From the IMG/VR virus record IMGVR_UViG_3300021138_000034, positions 1 through 55,124 of that record: 55,124 nucleotides of DNA, one strand, 5' to 3'. The stretch is from a virus (taxonomy: Duplodnaviria > Caudoviricetes). Of the stretch, positions 23,141-31,992 are shown one piece after another. Made by a program: the position numbers and the translations under genes. The notes under the pieces were generated by a model. That model saw nothing but the letters and a program-made list of their open reading frames with translations, was not told the origin of the DNA and did no database searches. Position 1 is the stretch's first letter, and each line of letters begins with the position of its first letter.

Positions 23141-23467
23141 ATGAGCACAATTAACTATCACAAGGAAAAGTCCGAAGCTGCTGAAGCTAAGGTGAATGCT
23201 GCATGGATCAAGCTCCAAGAGTACTTCCGGGACAAGGGTGGCCTCACTGAGGAGCTAATCAAGATTTGGGTGGAAGGCACCATGGAGTCCCAGTGGCAGG
23301 GATGGCATGACTATGGCCTGATTCAGGCTAAGGAGTCTGCTGGCTGGTCCCGTCGTGACTGCCTAATCTGTGACGAGACTACTGAGCATGACTCTAATAA
23401 CCTATGCACTGTATGTCATTCATGCTCAAATTGTAAGGCGCCGGTTGGTAAGGGGGCATCGGCATGA
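23141..23467 (+). CDS. Hypothetical protein with C-terminal Zn-binding Cys cluster
   Basis: GAGAAAGG RBS, ATG 23141; three CxxC. Confidence 0.75.
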   Translation: MSTINYHKEKSEAAEAKVNAAWIKLQEYFRDKGGLTEELIKIWVEGTMESQWQGWHDYGLIQAKESAGWSRRDCLICDETTEHDSNNLCTVCHSCSNCKAPVGKGASA

Positions 23468-23658
23468 GCGTCTCACTCTATATACGGTCATGGAACCAAC
23501 AGAGCCATCTACACGCCACCGGTTGTGGGTGCAAGATTACTGACCGCTATGAGCATGTACAGGATTTCCCTACCTATGACGATTCCGTCAAGGTTTGGGA
23601 GGTAAATAACGAGCTAGGAACTATCCATCACGTATGCCTAGAGGAGGCAAAGCGATGA
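23464..23658 (+). CDS. Small His/Cys protein (HLHA.GC)
   Basis: ATGA overlaps. Confidence 0.7.
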   Translation: MSVSLYIRSWNQQSHLHATGCGCKITDRYEHVQDFPTYDDSVKVWEVNNELGTIHHVCLEEAKR

Positions 23659-23840
23659 ACGAAGAGGAGATTATCTTGGATTGGGAATATGACTATGAAG
23701 GCACCGGGATTCCGGCACCTGAAGACCGTGTTGGATTCGACTGGCATGTGAAGGTCCCTGAAGAGAATGTAGGTAATGATTGGGGACCGATCATGGCAGG
23801 AGTAGTAAAGCGCCGTTCGGCTGAGGGAGGCTCCAAGTGA
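23655..23840 (+). CDS. Small hypothetical protein
   Basis: GGAGG RBS, ATGA overlap. Confidence 0.7.
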   Translation: MNEEEIILDWEYDYEGTGIPAPEDRVGFDWHVKVPEENVGNDWGPIMAGVVKRRSAEGGSK

Positions 23841-23968
23841 AAGACCCTGAGTGGATGAGTGGCGACACGCCGTACTTCTGTGATGATTGCGGAATGCGCC
23901 ATGATGAAGAAGAATGTGCACCGGAAGAGGACCCTGACCGTCTACATGACGAGATGATGGAGGAATGA
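23837..23968 (+). CDS. Tiny acidic protein (C..CG..H...C, DPDRLHDE)
   Basis: GTGA overlap after GGAGG; manual translation. Confidence 0.6.
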   Translation: MKDPEWMSGDTPYFCDDCGMRHDEEECAPEEDPDRLHDEMMEE

Positions 23969-24195
23969 TGAAACTGAGTACCAAAGCAGGAGATATATAT
24001 GCTGAGTACGGCACCGATGATGAGGGACAGCCGTATGTCACTCTTTCGCTGGTGCCTGCCGGTCAAGAGAAGTATCGAGTCGACATGGACCTATTCGAGA
24101 AACAAGAGCTCGACGAGTTGATCCTGATTCTTCAAGATATCTCTGACCGAGTGCGTAAACAGCAGAATGCGTTGAAGGCGATTCCAAATGAGTGA
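23965..24195 (+). CDS. Small hypothetical protein
   Basis: ORF track; overlaps neighbours. Confidence 0.7.
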   Translation: MMKLSTKAGDIYAEYGTDDEGQPYVTLSLVPAGQEKYRVDMDLFEKQELDELILILQDISDRVRKQQNALKAIPNE

Positions 24196-24394
24196 CTCAC
24201 GTCGACTATCCCCTAATCGCGACCTTCGCAACCTTATAGAGTTGGCGCAAGCTCAAGGCTGGGTTGTTGAGCGCCGTAACAACAACCATCTCAAATGGAC
24301 TTCGCCTACCGGTTATGTAGTTTGGTCTGCATCCACGCCTAGCGACCGCAGAGCTCTACGCAACATTGCAAGGTATCTCAAGATAAAGGTGTAA
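24188..24394 (+). CDS. HicA-like toxin (dsRBD-like mRNA interferase family of actinophages)
   Basis: LI..A..QGW.V.R....HLKW..P.G.V...STPSD.RA..N pattern. Confidence 0.7.
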   Translation: MSDSRRLSPNRDLRNLIELAQAQGWVVERRNNNHLKWTSPTGYVVWSASTPSDRRALRNIARYLKIKV

Positions 24395-24447
24395 TACCCA
24401 TATGGGCGCGTAATGCTAAGATTGCATCCCCTACCAAAGGAGAAGAA

Positions 24448-24723
24448 ATGGAAGTCGCATTTAATCCTGAAATCCAGGACGATAACAAAGTTCGCAAGTG
24501 GCAAGTTGTGATCCACAAAGAAGATGGCAAAGGCACCGCATATGAAGCTGTCTACATGGTTCACTCCGAGTCCGGCGTTCTAACCGCTCTAGGCTGTCGT
24601 GCATTTACTTCTGTGATTCCAGCAAAGCGCTGGTTGTCATCCGTGATTGGTCACGATGTCAAGTACACAGCAAGTGCTGACCGCAAGAAGCTAATGGGGA
24701 TGACTGAGACCAAGGAAGCATAA
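24448..24723 (+). CDS. Hypothetical protein (91 aa)
   Basis: AAGGAG RBS. Confidence 0.75.
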   Translation: MEVAFNPEIQDDNKVRKWQVVIHKEDGKGTAYEAVYMVHSESGVLTALGCRAFTSVIPAKRWLSSVIGHDVKYTASADRKKLMGMTETKEA

Positions 24724-24848
24724 TGGGATTCACAGACCCTATCGTTCCCTCACCTAATTGGGAGCCAACAGATAATCGTCCGGGGCGCTCGCCTTATGAG
24801 GATGAAGAAGATGAAGAGTTCATCGAAACGGAAGAAGAGGAGGAATAA
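24723..24848 (+). CDS. Tiny acidic protein (41 aa)
   Basis: MGFTDPIVPSPNW...EDEEDEEFIETEEEEE. Confidence 0.6.
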   Translation: MGFTDPIVPSPNWEPTDNRPGRSPYEDEEDEEFIETEEEEE

Positions 24849-24850
24849 TA

Positions 24851-25033
24851 ATGGGCCAAGACATTGACCAGCCCGACCAACATATCTACGAACAAGATGG
24901 TGTTTACTATCTAGTTGATATTTGGCCTAACGGTGCAGTGCAGCTCAAGATCAAAGAAGGCGGACTGCAAGGCATATGGACAGCTGCATTGCAGGAGCTA
25001 ACTACAGAGCAGTATTACGCAGGTCTCAAGTGA
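24851..25033 (+). CDS. Small hypothetical protein
   Basis: GAGGAGG RBS. Confidence 0.7.
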   Translation: MGQDIDQPDQHIYEQDGVYYLVDIWPNGAVQLKIKEGGLQGIWTAALQELTTEQYYAGLK

Positions 25034-25245
25034 GCGAAGCAGATTACGACGCATACGCTAACAACGATGACTTTACTATTGTGCAGTCTCCTATGGACTA
25101 TAAGAAAATGCACATTGAAACCTTGGACCGACTGGTTGACCTTGCCGTTGCTCAGTACTCGAAGGACATTGAACTACTAAACCTAATCCGTACAGCTCGT
25201 GACTACGCCCTTTATCTTGAAGATAACCGGCGCATGATCGTATAA
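25030..25245 (+). CDS. Small hypothetical protein
   Basis: GTGA overlap start. Confidence 0.65.
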   Translation: MSEADYDAYANNDDFTIVQSPMDYKKMHIETLDRLVDLAVAQYSKDIELLNLIRTARDYALYLEDNRRMIV

Positions 25246-25256
25246 GAAAGGAAATC

Positions 25257-25496
25257 ATGTCAGATCAAAACATTGAGGATGCAAACGTAGTCTCAGCACC
25301 TGAAGTCAAGCACACCACCATGGTGTACATGATTGATGGCAAGAGCTTCGAAACTAGCATTCCTGCTCAAAGCTTGGTACAACACATTGCGTATAACAAC
25401 CCACGTGTTGTATCGCTCAACCGCCCAACCGGTGGCGATGTTCATCTTGTAGCTGAAAACATTAACTACATTGAGGATGTCATCGAAGAGCAGTAA
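25257..25496 (+). CDS. Small hypothetical protein
   Basis: AGAAAGG RBS. Confidence 0.75.
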   Translation: MSDQNIEDANVVSAPEVKHTTMVYMIDGKSFETSIPAQSLVQHIAYNNPRVVSLNRPTGGDVHLVAENINYIEDVIEEQ

Positions 25497-25515
25497 CTGT
25501 CCTTGGTAGGGCAAG

Positions 25516-25561
25516 AAAAATCCCCCCAGCTGTTTTGGTTGTTCAGCTGGGGGGATTCTTT
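25516..25561. terminator. Bidirectional terminator closing the plus-strand island
   Basis: AATCCCCCCAGCTG-N11-CAGCTGGGGGGATT with A/T flanks between convergent genes. Confidence 0.85.
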
Positions 25562-25689
25562 CTATCCTAGAGTCGTGTTATCACTTACTGTAGGTAAGTC
25601 ATCGTGACCTAGATCCCTGCAGGTGTAGCAGGTATAGAGCGTAGATTCTGATTCCAACATTTCAAAATCATTAAAGCAAGTCAAACATT

Positions 25690-27732
25690 TCATTTAACGT
25701 CCCTAATCATTTTTACTTCGCAAGCATCTGTGGTGCAGTAAGCCTCACCGATGGCGTCCATCGCTAGACCTTCGTACACTCCACTTAGATCAATTGGAAA
25801 TAGCTTCATTGTGTAATCTTCATACTGTTTTGCTGTGATCTCTGAGTATGGCATTTGCGGGTAGGTCCCGTTATCCATCGGCAAGAAGGACACGGTCTTG
25901 AGCTGCCCGTCGAACATATGCAAAACTTTACCAATATCTGTTTTCTCTGTTTCTGGATTAAATGATACGGTCACAGATACCGAGTTGTCAGACCAATAGC
26001 GTTGAGCTGTGGCAGCTAGCGCTACCTTTTCGTAGATGGATACTTCCTTCTCCGAACGACGGCCACCTCCCTTGATTGGGAAGAACACGACTGAGGTTGT
26101 CTCAGGCGATTCAGCTGCCGGCTCGACTGTATATCCTGCCATCTTGAATAAAGGCAATACTGGGTCGCTGTTACCAAATCGAACAGCGCGTAGGAAGTAC
26201 TGTCCACCTGGCATCCAGTGAACTCCTGGCGATTCGCCAGCGAGGATACTTACAGTTCCGGATGGTTTGATGGTTGTTGTCTTGATTGATTCGCGGATGC
26301 CAAGCCATTCAGAATACGATTTATCATACGACTGAATGATGGAGTATCCCTTATCCATCCACTCACGTAAGGTTGGTAGTCCATGAATGTCAGCAAAGTT
26401 GGCAACGCCCGACATAGAGGTTCCGATGCGTCGATTACGCTGCATGATGGCGTTAGTCTCTTCCCAGTGAGTGGGGAGGAGTGTGACAGTCTTCGCATAT
26501 AGGTAGGCGAACTTAAGAGTACGGAGGTAATCCTCAAGATTGTCGTGGCGATTCAAATAGGTTTCTACTAACGTACAGCACTCGTACGATTCGAGTGATT
26601 GCTCTGCACATGGGTTATATCCTACAGCTCGCCAGTCTTTGTTATTGATTGGATCAGCAAGGCGACCATACTGCCGAGTGACGTCCATCCAGATAACGCC
26701 CGGCTCACCGTTGTCAGCGATTCGTTCGATGATTGGAGTTAGGTTAGAGCCTACGTTTACCTCTACTGAGTTGTTAGACATCCAACCCCAGCCAGAGTCT
26801 TTACCGGTTGGGTCATACTTGTTACGCTTTGGATTCTTCTTGAAGTCCTTGAGGTTGAGGAATTCCTCATCGTCTAACCGGCCCATGAGTAGCTCAGCTG
26901 AGCGACGCACGTTTCCGCTCACAACACAAACTCCGATGAGGTTGCCGATGTCAGCGATATCTGTACGGGTTAGCTGTCCGCTTTCTCGTCCTTTGAAGAT
27001 TCGGGTGATGTGCTTGTGTAATTTGATAAGTGGTTCAGGGCCTGCAGCAGTTCCTCCGAAAGTCCGAATAGGTTCTCCTGCTTTTCGAATTTCAGAGTAG
27101 TCGAACGTTGGTAGCGCTTGGTCAGGCTTGAGGTAAGCGTTAAGAAGCTGTGCAGTGGATTCGACCCAGCCCTCTCGGGTGTCGGGAATGATTGTGGCAT
27201 CGGTACTCTCTTTCGGCTTATAAATTGTAAAGCCTTTATCAGCACCTTTATCATCGAACCCAACGCCTACTCCCAGCATGGAAGCTTCCATGAGGAATGC
27301 AAAAGGCTTTGCTGGGTCGTTCTTGTTCATACTTCCGGTGGATACGAAAGCGCAATTCTGCAAGGCAGCGGAGTTGCGCTGCTCATTAACTAGTGGGGTA
27401 CCCATAACCCATAGCCCACGTCCCGGTGGAGTCCACTTTAGATTGAACAGGCGATCGTAAGCTTCCTTGGCAGAAGCTTGAGCTTTGGCGTCTGACCATG
27501 GGAGGCGGTTAGACTTGGCGTGGTCCTTCTGTAGGGAGTACATGCCGTTGATTACTCGCTCGCAGACTTCGGCCCAAGTTTCCTTGGTGCCGTCTGGCTT
27601 CAGCCGACTGTACGTTCGGAGGAAAATAATCTCTCCCATACTGTTGCCAGCTGCATCACGGTTTCCGAAAGGCGCCTTCTTGGTCTTGTAGCCAGATACG
27701 AACTCATCGGCCAAACGGAATGTGATTGCCAT
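25690..27732 (-). CDS. nrdJ: Class II (B12-dependent, RTPR-type) ribonucleotide reductase
   Basis: RTYSR, PPGRGLW, NCAF, GNVRRSA, NPCAEQ, TTIKPSGTVS, C-terminal CTTDAC. Confidence 0.95.
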   Translation of the reverse strand: MAITFRLADEFVSGYKTKKAPFGNRDAAGNSMGEIIFLRTYSRLKPDGTKETWAEVCERVINGMYSLQKDHAKSNRLPWSDAKAQASAKEAYDRLFNLKWTPPGRGLWVMGTPLVNEQRNSAALQNCAFVSTGSMNKNDPAKPFAFLMEASMLGVGVGFDDKGADKGFTIYKPKESTDATIIPDTREGWVESTAQLLNAYLKPDQALPTFDYSEIRKAGEPIRTFGGTAAGPEPLIKLHKHITRIFKGRESGQLTRTDIADIGNLIGVCVVSGNVRRSAELLMGRLDDEEFLNLKDFKKNPKRNKYDPTGKDSGWGWMSNNSVEVNVGSNLTPIIERIADNGEPGVIWMDVTRQYGRLADPINNKDWRAVGYNPCAEQSLESYECCTLVETYLNRHDNLEDYLRTLKFAYLYAKTVTLLPTHWEETNAIMQRNRRIGTSMSGVANFADIHGLPTLREWMDKGYSIIQSYDKSYSEWLGIRESIKTTTIKPSGTVSILAGESPGVHWMPGGQYFLRAVRFGNSDPVLPLFKMAGYTVEPAAESPETTSVVFFPIKGGGRRSEKEVSIYEKVALAATAQRYWSDNSVSVTVSFNPETEKTDIGKVLHMFDGQLKTVSFLPMDNGTYPQMPYSEITAKQYEDYTMKLFPIDLSGVYEGLAMDAIGEAYCTTDACEVKMIRDVK

Positions 27733-27859
27733 TTATCTCTCCTTTAAATTGAAAATCCCGCAACGGGGGCGGGGGTATTTAGTGTAGTGGGGTAATACAG
27801 TCACGTACAACAGGAACATGTACCGTTTCACATAGTGAACACGTGAACTTATATGATAA

Positions 27860-29308
27860 CTAGTCTTCGGTCAAATCTTTCAAAATGCGAGTAGTCTCAA
27901 CCTCATCTATAGGTTTTGGAAGCTCATTTAATACCTGAGCACGGTCTCCAAACATCCTCGTCATCCATCCAGCTCCGGCATTTTTAGCCTCAACAGTCAT
28001 CTTAATGCTGCTGCTTCCGGACAACATATCGTTGATTTTTTGCGTCAGATCAATAAGGCGATCGAGCTCTTTTGATACGTTTGGATCAGGGTATCCACCA
28101 TTGACTTGTTCGGTAAAAGCAGCGAAAGCAACTCGGTTTGACTGCAATTCTAATATCGCAGTCATGTATGCCTGAAGCTGTTCACGGGTCTTTAATTCAA
28201 TTGGAAAACTGTAAGCACAGGAGTTGTTTGCCTTAAAAGCTGGGCAATTGGCGGCGATAAAACAGGTGTTGCATTGACGGACGCTGGCGCCAGAGCTCTC
28301 GACGACAGGCACGTCTTTGATGGTGCCATCTGGGTCAAAAACCTTCTGAGTGGACATGTTAAAAACCGGCAAAACCGTCATTTCTGACGGGTCTCGGTCC
28401 ATTAATTTTCCTACCTCTAATGGCTTGTTATCAGGTACGACGAGGTCTTTTTCCGCGTAATCATCACTCGCTGGGTCTTCGAAGTTATCATATAAGTTCG
28501 CCATTTTGCTCAATTTCTCCTCAAGTCGTTGGAATGACCAGATGGCCAACTTGCAATTTTCTTTTTCGTCGTCTCCTACAATCTTATCGAAATCTAAGCC
28601 GATAGATTCGTAGATGGCCTTGTAGCGAGGACGAGCTTGAGCCTTCATAGACTTTGGATAACGAGCCAGCTTTACCCCATCCCATACGATGGTCTCACCG
28701 TGGGTCATAGGGGATATCCAAGCAAGGCTGTGTGCGGTCTCTACAGGCACCTGTCGCAGGTTATCTGGACGAGCGCAGGCGATGGCATGAAACCTTGTGC
28801 CTGACTGCGTTGTCAGGCTTCTGGTTACCCCAGCCAGCCAGGTGAATTCTTCGATACTTTCACCGGTCAACCCGATGTCTAGATAAGTATCGGCTAGGCG
28901 CCTAAGCTCGCCTTGACCTAAGTTTGGATTCCAGATCGGAAGGAACTTACCGGGTGGGCATTGAGCCCAACAGGTCTTCCTCTGTTCTTCGATGAAATCC
29001 GGGCTAAGTAGTGGGTGAGTCATTTCCGAAAACATAGCGATTCGGTCTATGTTGTCAGCTATAAACTCTTCATACTCAGCAGCTAGGCTTTCAAACTCCA
29101 GCCTATCTAGCGCTATGTTACGGGGAACGCCGGCATGGACATACAACAAAGTGTCTTCTGGAAAGTAATTTTTAAGTAAATACTTTTTGGTTTTGGGCAG
29201 CCCACGCTGCTTCAATCGCCAGTAGCTGATGCTCATATGCTTGGCATTCATAGATTCCAAAATTAGGCGATTTGATGGAACTTCTGAGCCCATAAATACT
29301 ATGTTCAA
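27860..29308 (-). CDS. Divergent tRNA-guanine-transglycosylase/DpdA-like barrel protein with C-terminal Cys cluster
   Basis: Order of motifs SYW, YEEFI, FLPIW, RFHAI, TAHSLAW...HG resembles phage TGT-like proteins; CNTC...CP...C. Confidence 0.5.
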   Translation of the reverse strand: MNIVFMGSEVPSNRLILESMNAKHMSISYWRLKQRGLPKTKKYLLKNYFPEDTLLYVHAGVPRNIALDRLEFESLAAEYEEFIADNIDRIAMFSEMTHPLLSPDFIEEQRKTCWAQCPPGKFLPIWNPNLGQGELRRLADTYLDIGLTGESIEEFTWLAGVTRSLTTQSGTRFHAIACARPDNLRQVPVETAHSLAWISPMTHGETIVWDGVKLARYPKSMKAQARPRYKAIYESIGLDFDKIVGDDEKENCKLAIWSFQRLEEKLSKMANLYDNFEDPASDDYAEKDLVVPDNKPLEVGKLMDRDPSEMTVLPVFNMSTQKVFDPDGTIKDVPVVESSGASVRQCNTCFIAANCPAFKANNSCAYSFPIELKTREQLQAYMTAILELQSNRVAFAAFTEQVNGGYPDPNVSKELDRLIDLTQKINDMLSGSSSIKMTVEAKNAGAGWMTRMFGDRAQVLNELPKPIDEVETTRILKDLTED

Positions 29309-29760
29309 ATACGTGGGTCTTCCAGTAGTAGCTCTTGTTGGCGATCAATCTCAGCCTCAAGCTCTGCCCAGACTTTAATACCTTGTCGACTATCTGGTCG
29401 GGCTACATGGTCTAAGTAAATTGGGTCTAAAAACAAAAGCGTACGAAAGCCGTGCTCAATTAGTTTTTTGGCTAAATCTGGCTTGGGTGTCACAACGTAA
29501 TCAATCTGGCCTTTAGCTCGTTGGGCCATTGCGATTCTAAACTCGATATCGTCTCCGGGCGTAACAGTTGTGTAATCAACAATTTCGTCGACAACCCCAA
29601 ACTTGTTCTGTCTACAGAAATGGTCTACCAACGAAAACTTTTCACCGATCAATACGGTGCGAGTAAATTGCTTAAAGGATTTGTAAAGGAGCATGCCATC
29701 TTTATTCAAGGCATTCTTTCGTCCTTGAAGTACTCCATCTACATACACGAGTATTGACAC
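29305..29760 (-). CDS. HAD-like domain protein
   Basis: ILVYVDGVL motif I-like N-terminus. Confidence 0.6.
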   Translation of the reverse strand: MSILVYVDGVLQGRKNALNKDGMLLYKSFKQFTRTVLIGEKFSLVDHFCRQNKFGVVDEIVDYTTVTPGDDIEFRIAMAQRAKGQIDYVVTPKPDLAKKLIEHGFRTLLFLDPIYLDHVARPDSRQGIKVWAELEAEIDRQQELLLEDPRI

Positions 29761-29767
29761 GATGTTC

Positions 29768-30700
29768 CTAAATCTGTGTAGAAGCGGCCCTTCGGATAAG
29801 GGTTGATGTATCCGGTAACTTTACCCCATAAGTAGCCTGCTCGAATGACTGAGCTGCATTTTCTGATATATCTTTTAGCTTCTGAAGTGCTTGAATTACT
29901 CCGTTAGATTTGTTAGCCTGCCAACGGTAGTTGGTCCAGTCTAAGTAGCCTTCACCAGATTCGCTAAACGCCACCTTACGTCCCTGATGAATAAGGTCAA
30001 ATAAAGCAACGCCTTGTCCAATAGCTAATCGTAATGTAGCTTCAGCATTGACTCGAGCTGCTGGGTTAGTAGCTGAATGGATCTCAGTTAATGCTTTTGA
30101 ATACCTATCCAAAATCTCACTGGTTCTTGCTAGGTCAGCTTCTACACGGCGGTCCCAATCGGGGCGGTGTTCAGCAACGTTGACCTGAGGCTCTACTAGC
30201 CAATCGTTTTTGATTAAGTCGTAAGCTGCATAGGGTTTAATTTTTGAAATGTTGCCTTCGACGTTGGCATAAAAGGTTAGCTCATACTGTCCCATAAAGT
30301 CGGCAGTCTCTGGCCATAGTTCTGTGCGCATTTGGTCGTTGAGCATCTGGGAAATGTCGCGATCGCTAAAAGTTTTATAGGTTGGATTTGCTCTGCGGAA
30401 CCCGGTGTAATCGATTCCAATTAAGCAGTCTAAGTCTCCTGGAGTTCTATCGGCTGCCCACTGGTGGGATACTCCAGAACCAGCTAACCAAGCGTTGGTC
30501 CAATCGCGAGCGCTGACGTACCTCTGGTCTAAGAAATCAAACAGGTGGGTCAAAACTGCTGAACGAACAGCTGGCATAAGTCGGGAGCTTTTAAATAGCC
30601 TAGGGTCAAGTCCAACTTGAGACTCGGAAAAATAAGATGTGGAGCTAGGCGTCATCTCTATGGGAGCTGCCATAGATGCAAGAATATTCGCGTAATCCAT
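29768..30700 (-). CDS. Pol-beta-superfamily nucleotidyltransferase
   Basis: WLAGS...GDLDCLI motif; leaderless TACCAT-N6-ATG. Confidence 0.8.
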   Translation of the reverse strand: MDYANILASMAAPIEMTPSSTSYFSESQVGLDPRLFKSSRLMPAVRSAVLTHLFDFLDQRYVSARDWTNAWLAGSGVSHQWAADRTPGDLDCLIGIDYTGFRRANPTYKTFSDRDISQMLNDQMRTELWPETADFMGQYELTFYANVEGNISKIKPYAAYDLIKNDWLVEPQVNVAEHRPDWDRRVEADLARTSEILDRYSKALTEIHSATNPAARVNAEATLRLAIGQGVALFDLIHQGRKVAFSESGEGYLDWTNYRWQANKSNGVIQALQKLKDISENAAQSFEQATYGVKLPDTSTLIRRAASTQI

Positions 30701-30718
30701 TAGATAATGGTAACGGGT

Positions 30719-30940
30719 TTATTCCTTTTCCTTACGGTGATGTGTGTGCTCAATTGAATAAAGCTTTACAGTTTCGGGTTTATCTATCTTCAAGGGGGCT
30801 ACAAAACCACAACCAATATGAGCTTCGTTAAAACGAGCGCCCTCTAGTTGAATGTAAGTGAATACTTCTGGGGTATCAATCATCCCAGTATCCATTTCGA
30901 TCGAAGCGCCACAGCCTCCGCAAGTTTTCTGAACGTACAT
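30719..30940 (-). CDS. Small Cys/His protein
   Basis: CGGCG...H..CG; AAGGGGG RBS. Confidence 0.65.
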   Translation of the reverse strand: MYVQKTCGGCGASIEMDTGMIDTPEVFTYIQLEGARFNEAHIGCGFVAPLKIDKPETVKLYSIEHTHHRKEKE

Positions 30941-30976
30941 ACAGACCCCCTTAGTATGTCTCTATTCTCCTATAGC

Positions 30977-31222
30977 CTAGCTCATAAGGTTGGTTAAGTC
31001 TAACGGCTGCTGGGGTGTAATACGGGCAACTATGGCCTGAACAAGGAGCTCTCGGTCGATAAATTCGGACAATTCGCGCACTCCGGTCCCTATATCCTGG
31101 ATTGAGGCTTTGCGGACAATAAGGTTAATCTCGGACATCTCGGGCGTGGCATGCCAATTGCCCTCCATGTCCTTATAGACCACGAATGCGGTCTCGGCGT
31201 TGGGAGTTCTAATCTCGTCCAT
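30977..31222 (-). CDS. Small hypothetical protein (ETAFVV motif)
   Basis: ORF track; start at ATG 31222 overlapping upstream stop. Confidence 0.7.
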   Translation of the reverse strand: MDEIRTPNAETAFVVYKDMEGNWHATPEMSEINLIVRKASIQDIGTGVRELSEFIDRELLVQAIVARITPQQPLDLTNLMS

Positions 31223-31779
31223 TATTTGTACAACCCGCGTTCTTGGTTCAAACGAGTTTGGTTGTAAACCGCAACTGGGCAATAATGGCAAAGATAAGTC
31301 TTACTGTTGAACTTACCTAGTCCGGCAGCTTTGCGATCACCTGAAGTCTTTGGCATAAGTTTACGGCTGTCTGTCATCCAGTCATCGCATTGACCTTTAG
31401 GGCGATTATGAAGTGTAAAACAAGTCTGCGCATCATCTTGAAATGTCGACTTAATGTTGTAAATATCGTCTTGAATAGCAGCAAGGCCTTCGGCTCCGCC
31501 ACCATCTAGAAGCTGCTTTTTGATTCCATCTACTGATGACTGGCGACCTTTTGGGGACATCCAAAAAAACTTATCAACGTCAGCCAACATTCCGAGGCAA
31601 CCCTTTTGGTCATGTGGGTAAGTGGCTTCTTGTAACCATGGATTATTTCGTTGGTCAAACTTAGTAACCCCATCTTGAATGTATGGGGCAGAAGTATCAA
31701 AAGGGAGTTCTTCGATAGTCTTGCAGGATTTACAGACCAAAAGCAGAATGCGCTCTTCGCCCTGTTTAGGGGTTGACAT
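31222..31779 (-). CDS. Conserved phage Zn-binding protein (185 aa)
   Basis: C..CKTIEELP...CF..HNRP...C...YLC.YCP; AGGAG RBS. Confidence 0.8.
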   Translation of the reverse strand: MSTPKQGEERILLLVCKSCKTIEELPFDTSAPYIQDGVTKFDQRNNPWLQEATYPHDQKGCLGMLADVDKFFWMSPKGRQSSVDGIKKQLLDGGGAEGLAAIQDDIYNIKSTFQDDAQTCFTLHNRPKGQCDDWMTDSRKLMPKTSGDRKAAGLGKFNSKTYLCHYCPVAVYNQTRLNQERGLYK

Positions 31780-31992
31780 ATTAGTGCTCCTATTAGTTAA
31801 GCGGCTTGTTTTAGTTTACGATGTCCTTGGTCATGTCCCGCACGATCTGTGCGCTTGACTGAATAACCACAGCAAGAATTACCAGACTTTTTATTAGTCT
31901 TTGGGTGCTGCTTAGTTGATTTACCGTTTGGTCGGTTATCTCCAGTACGAGCTTTAACCGGTGCTACGACTTTTGCGCCCTTTTTTGCCATG

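Noticed and set aside
26022-27691. Numerous short opposite-strand or alternate-frame ORFs (also across 1.8-2.9, 6.9-9.3, 13.5-14.2 and 41-49 kb)
   Set aside because: Shadow ORFs overlapping well-supported genes, with no RBS or recognisable motifs.
27733-27860. Cobalamin riboswitch, NrdR box or second parS upstream of nrdJ
   Set aside because: Region is too short for a B12 riboswitch, has no convincing NrdR palindrome, and GTTTCACATAGTGAAC deviates from parS spacing.
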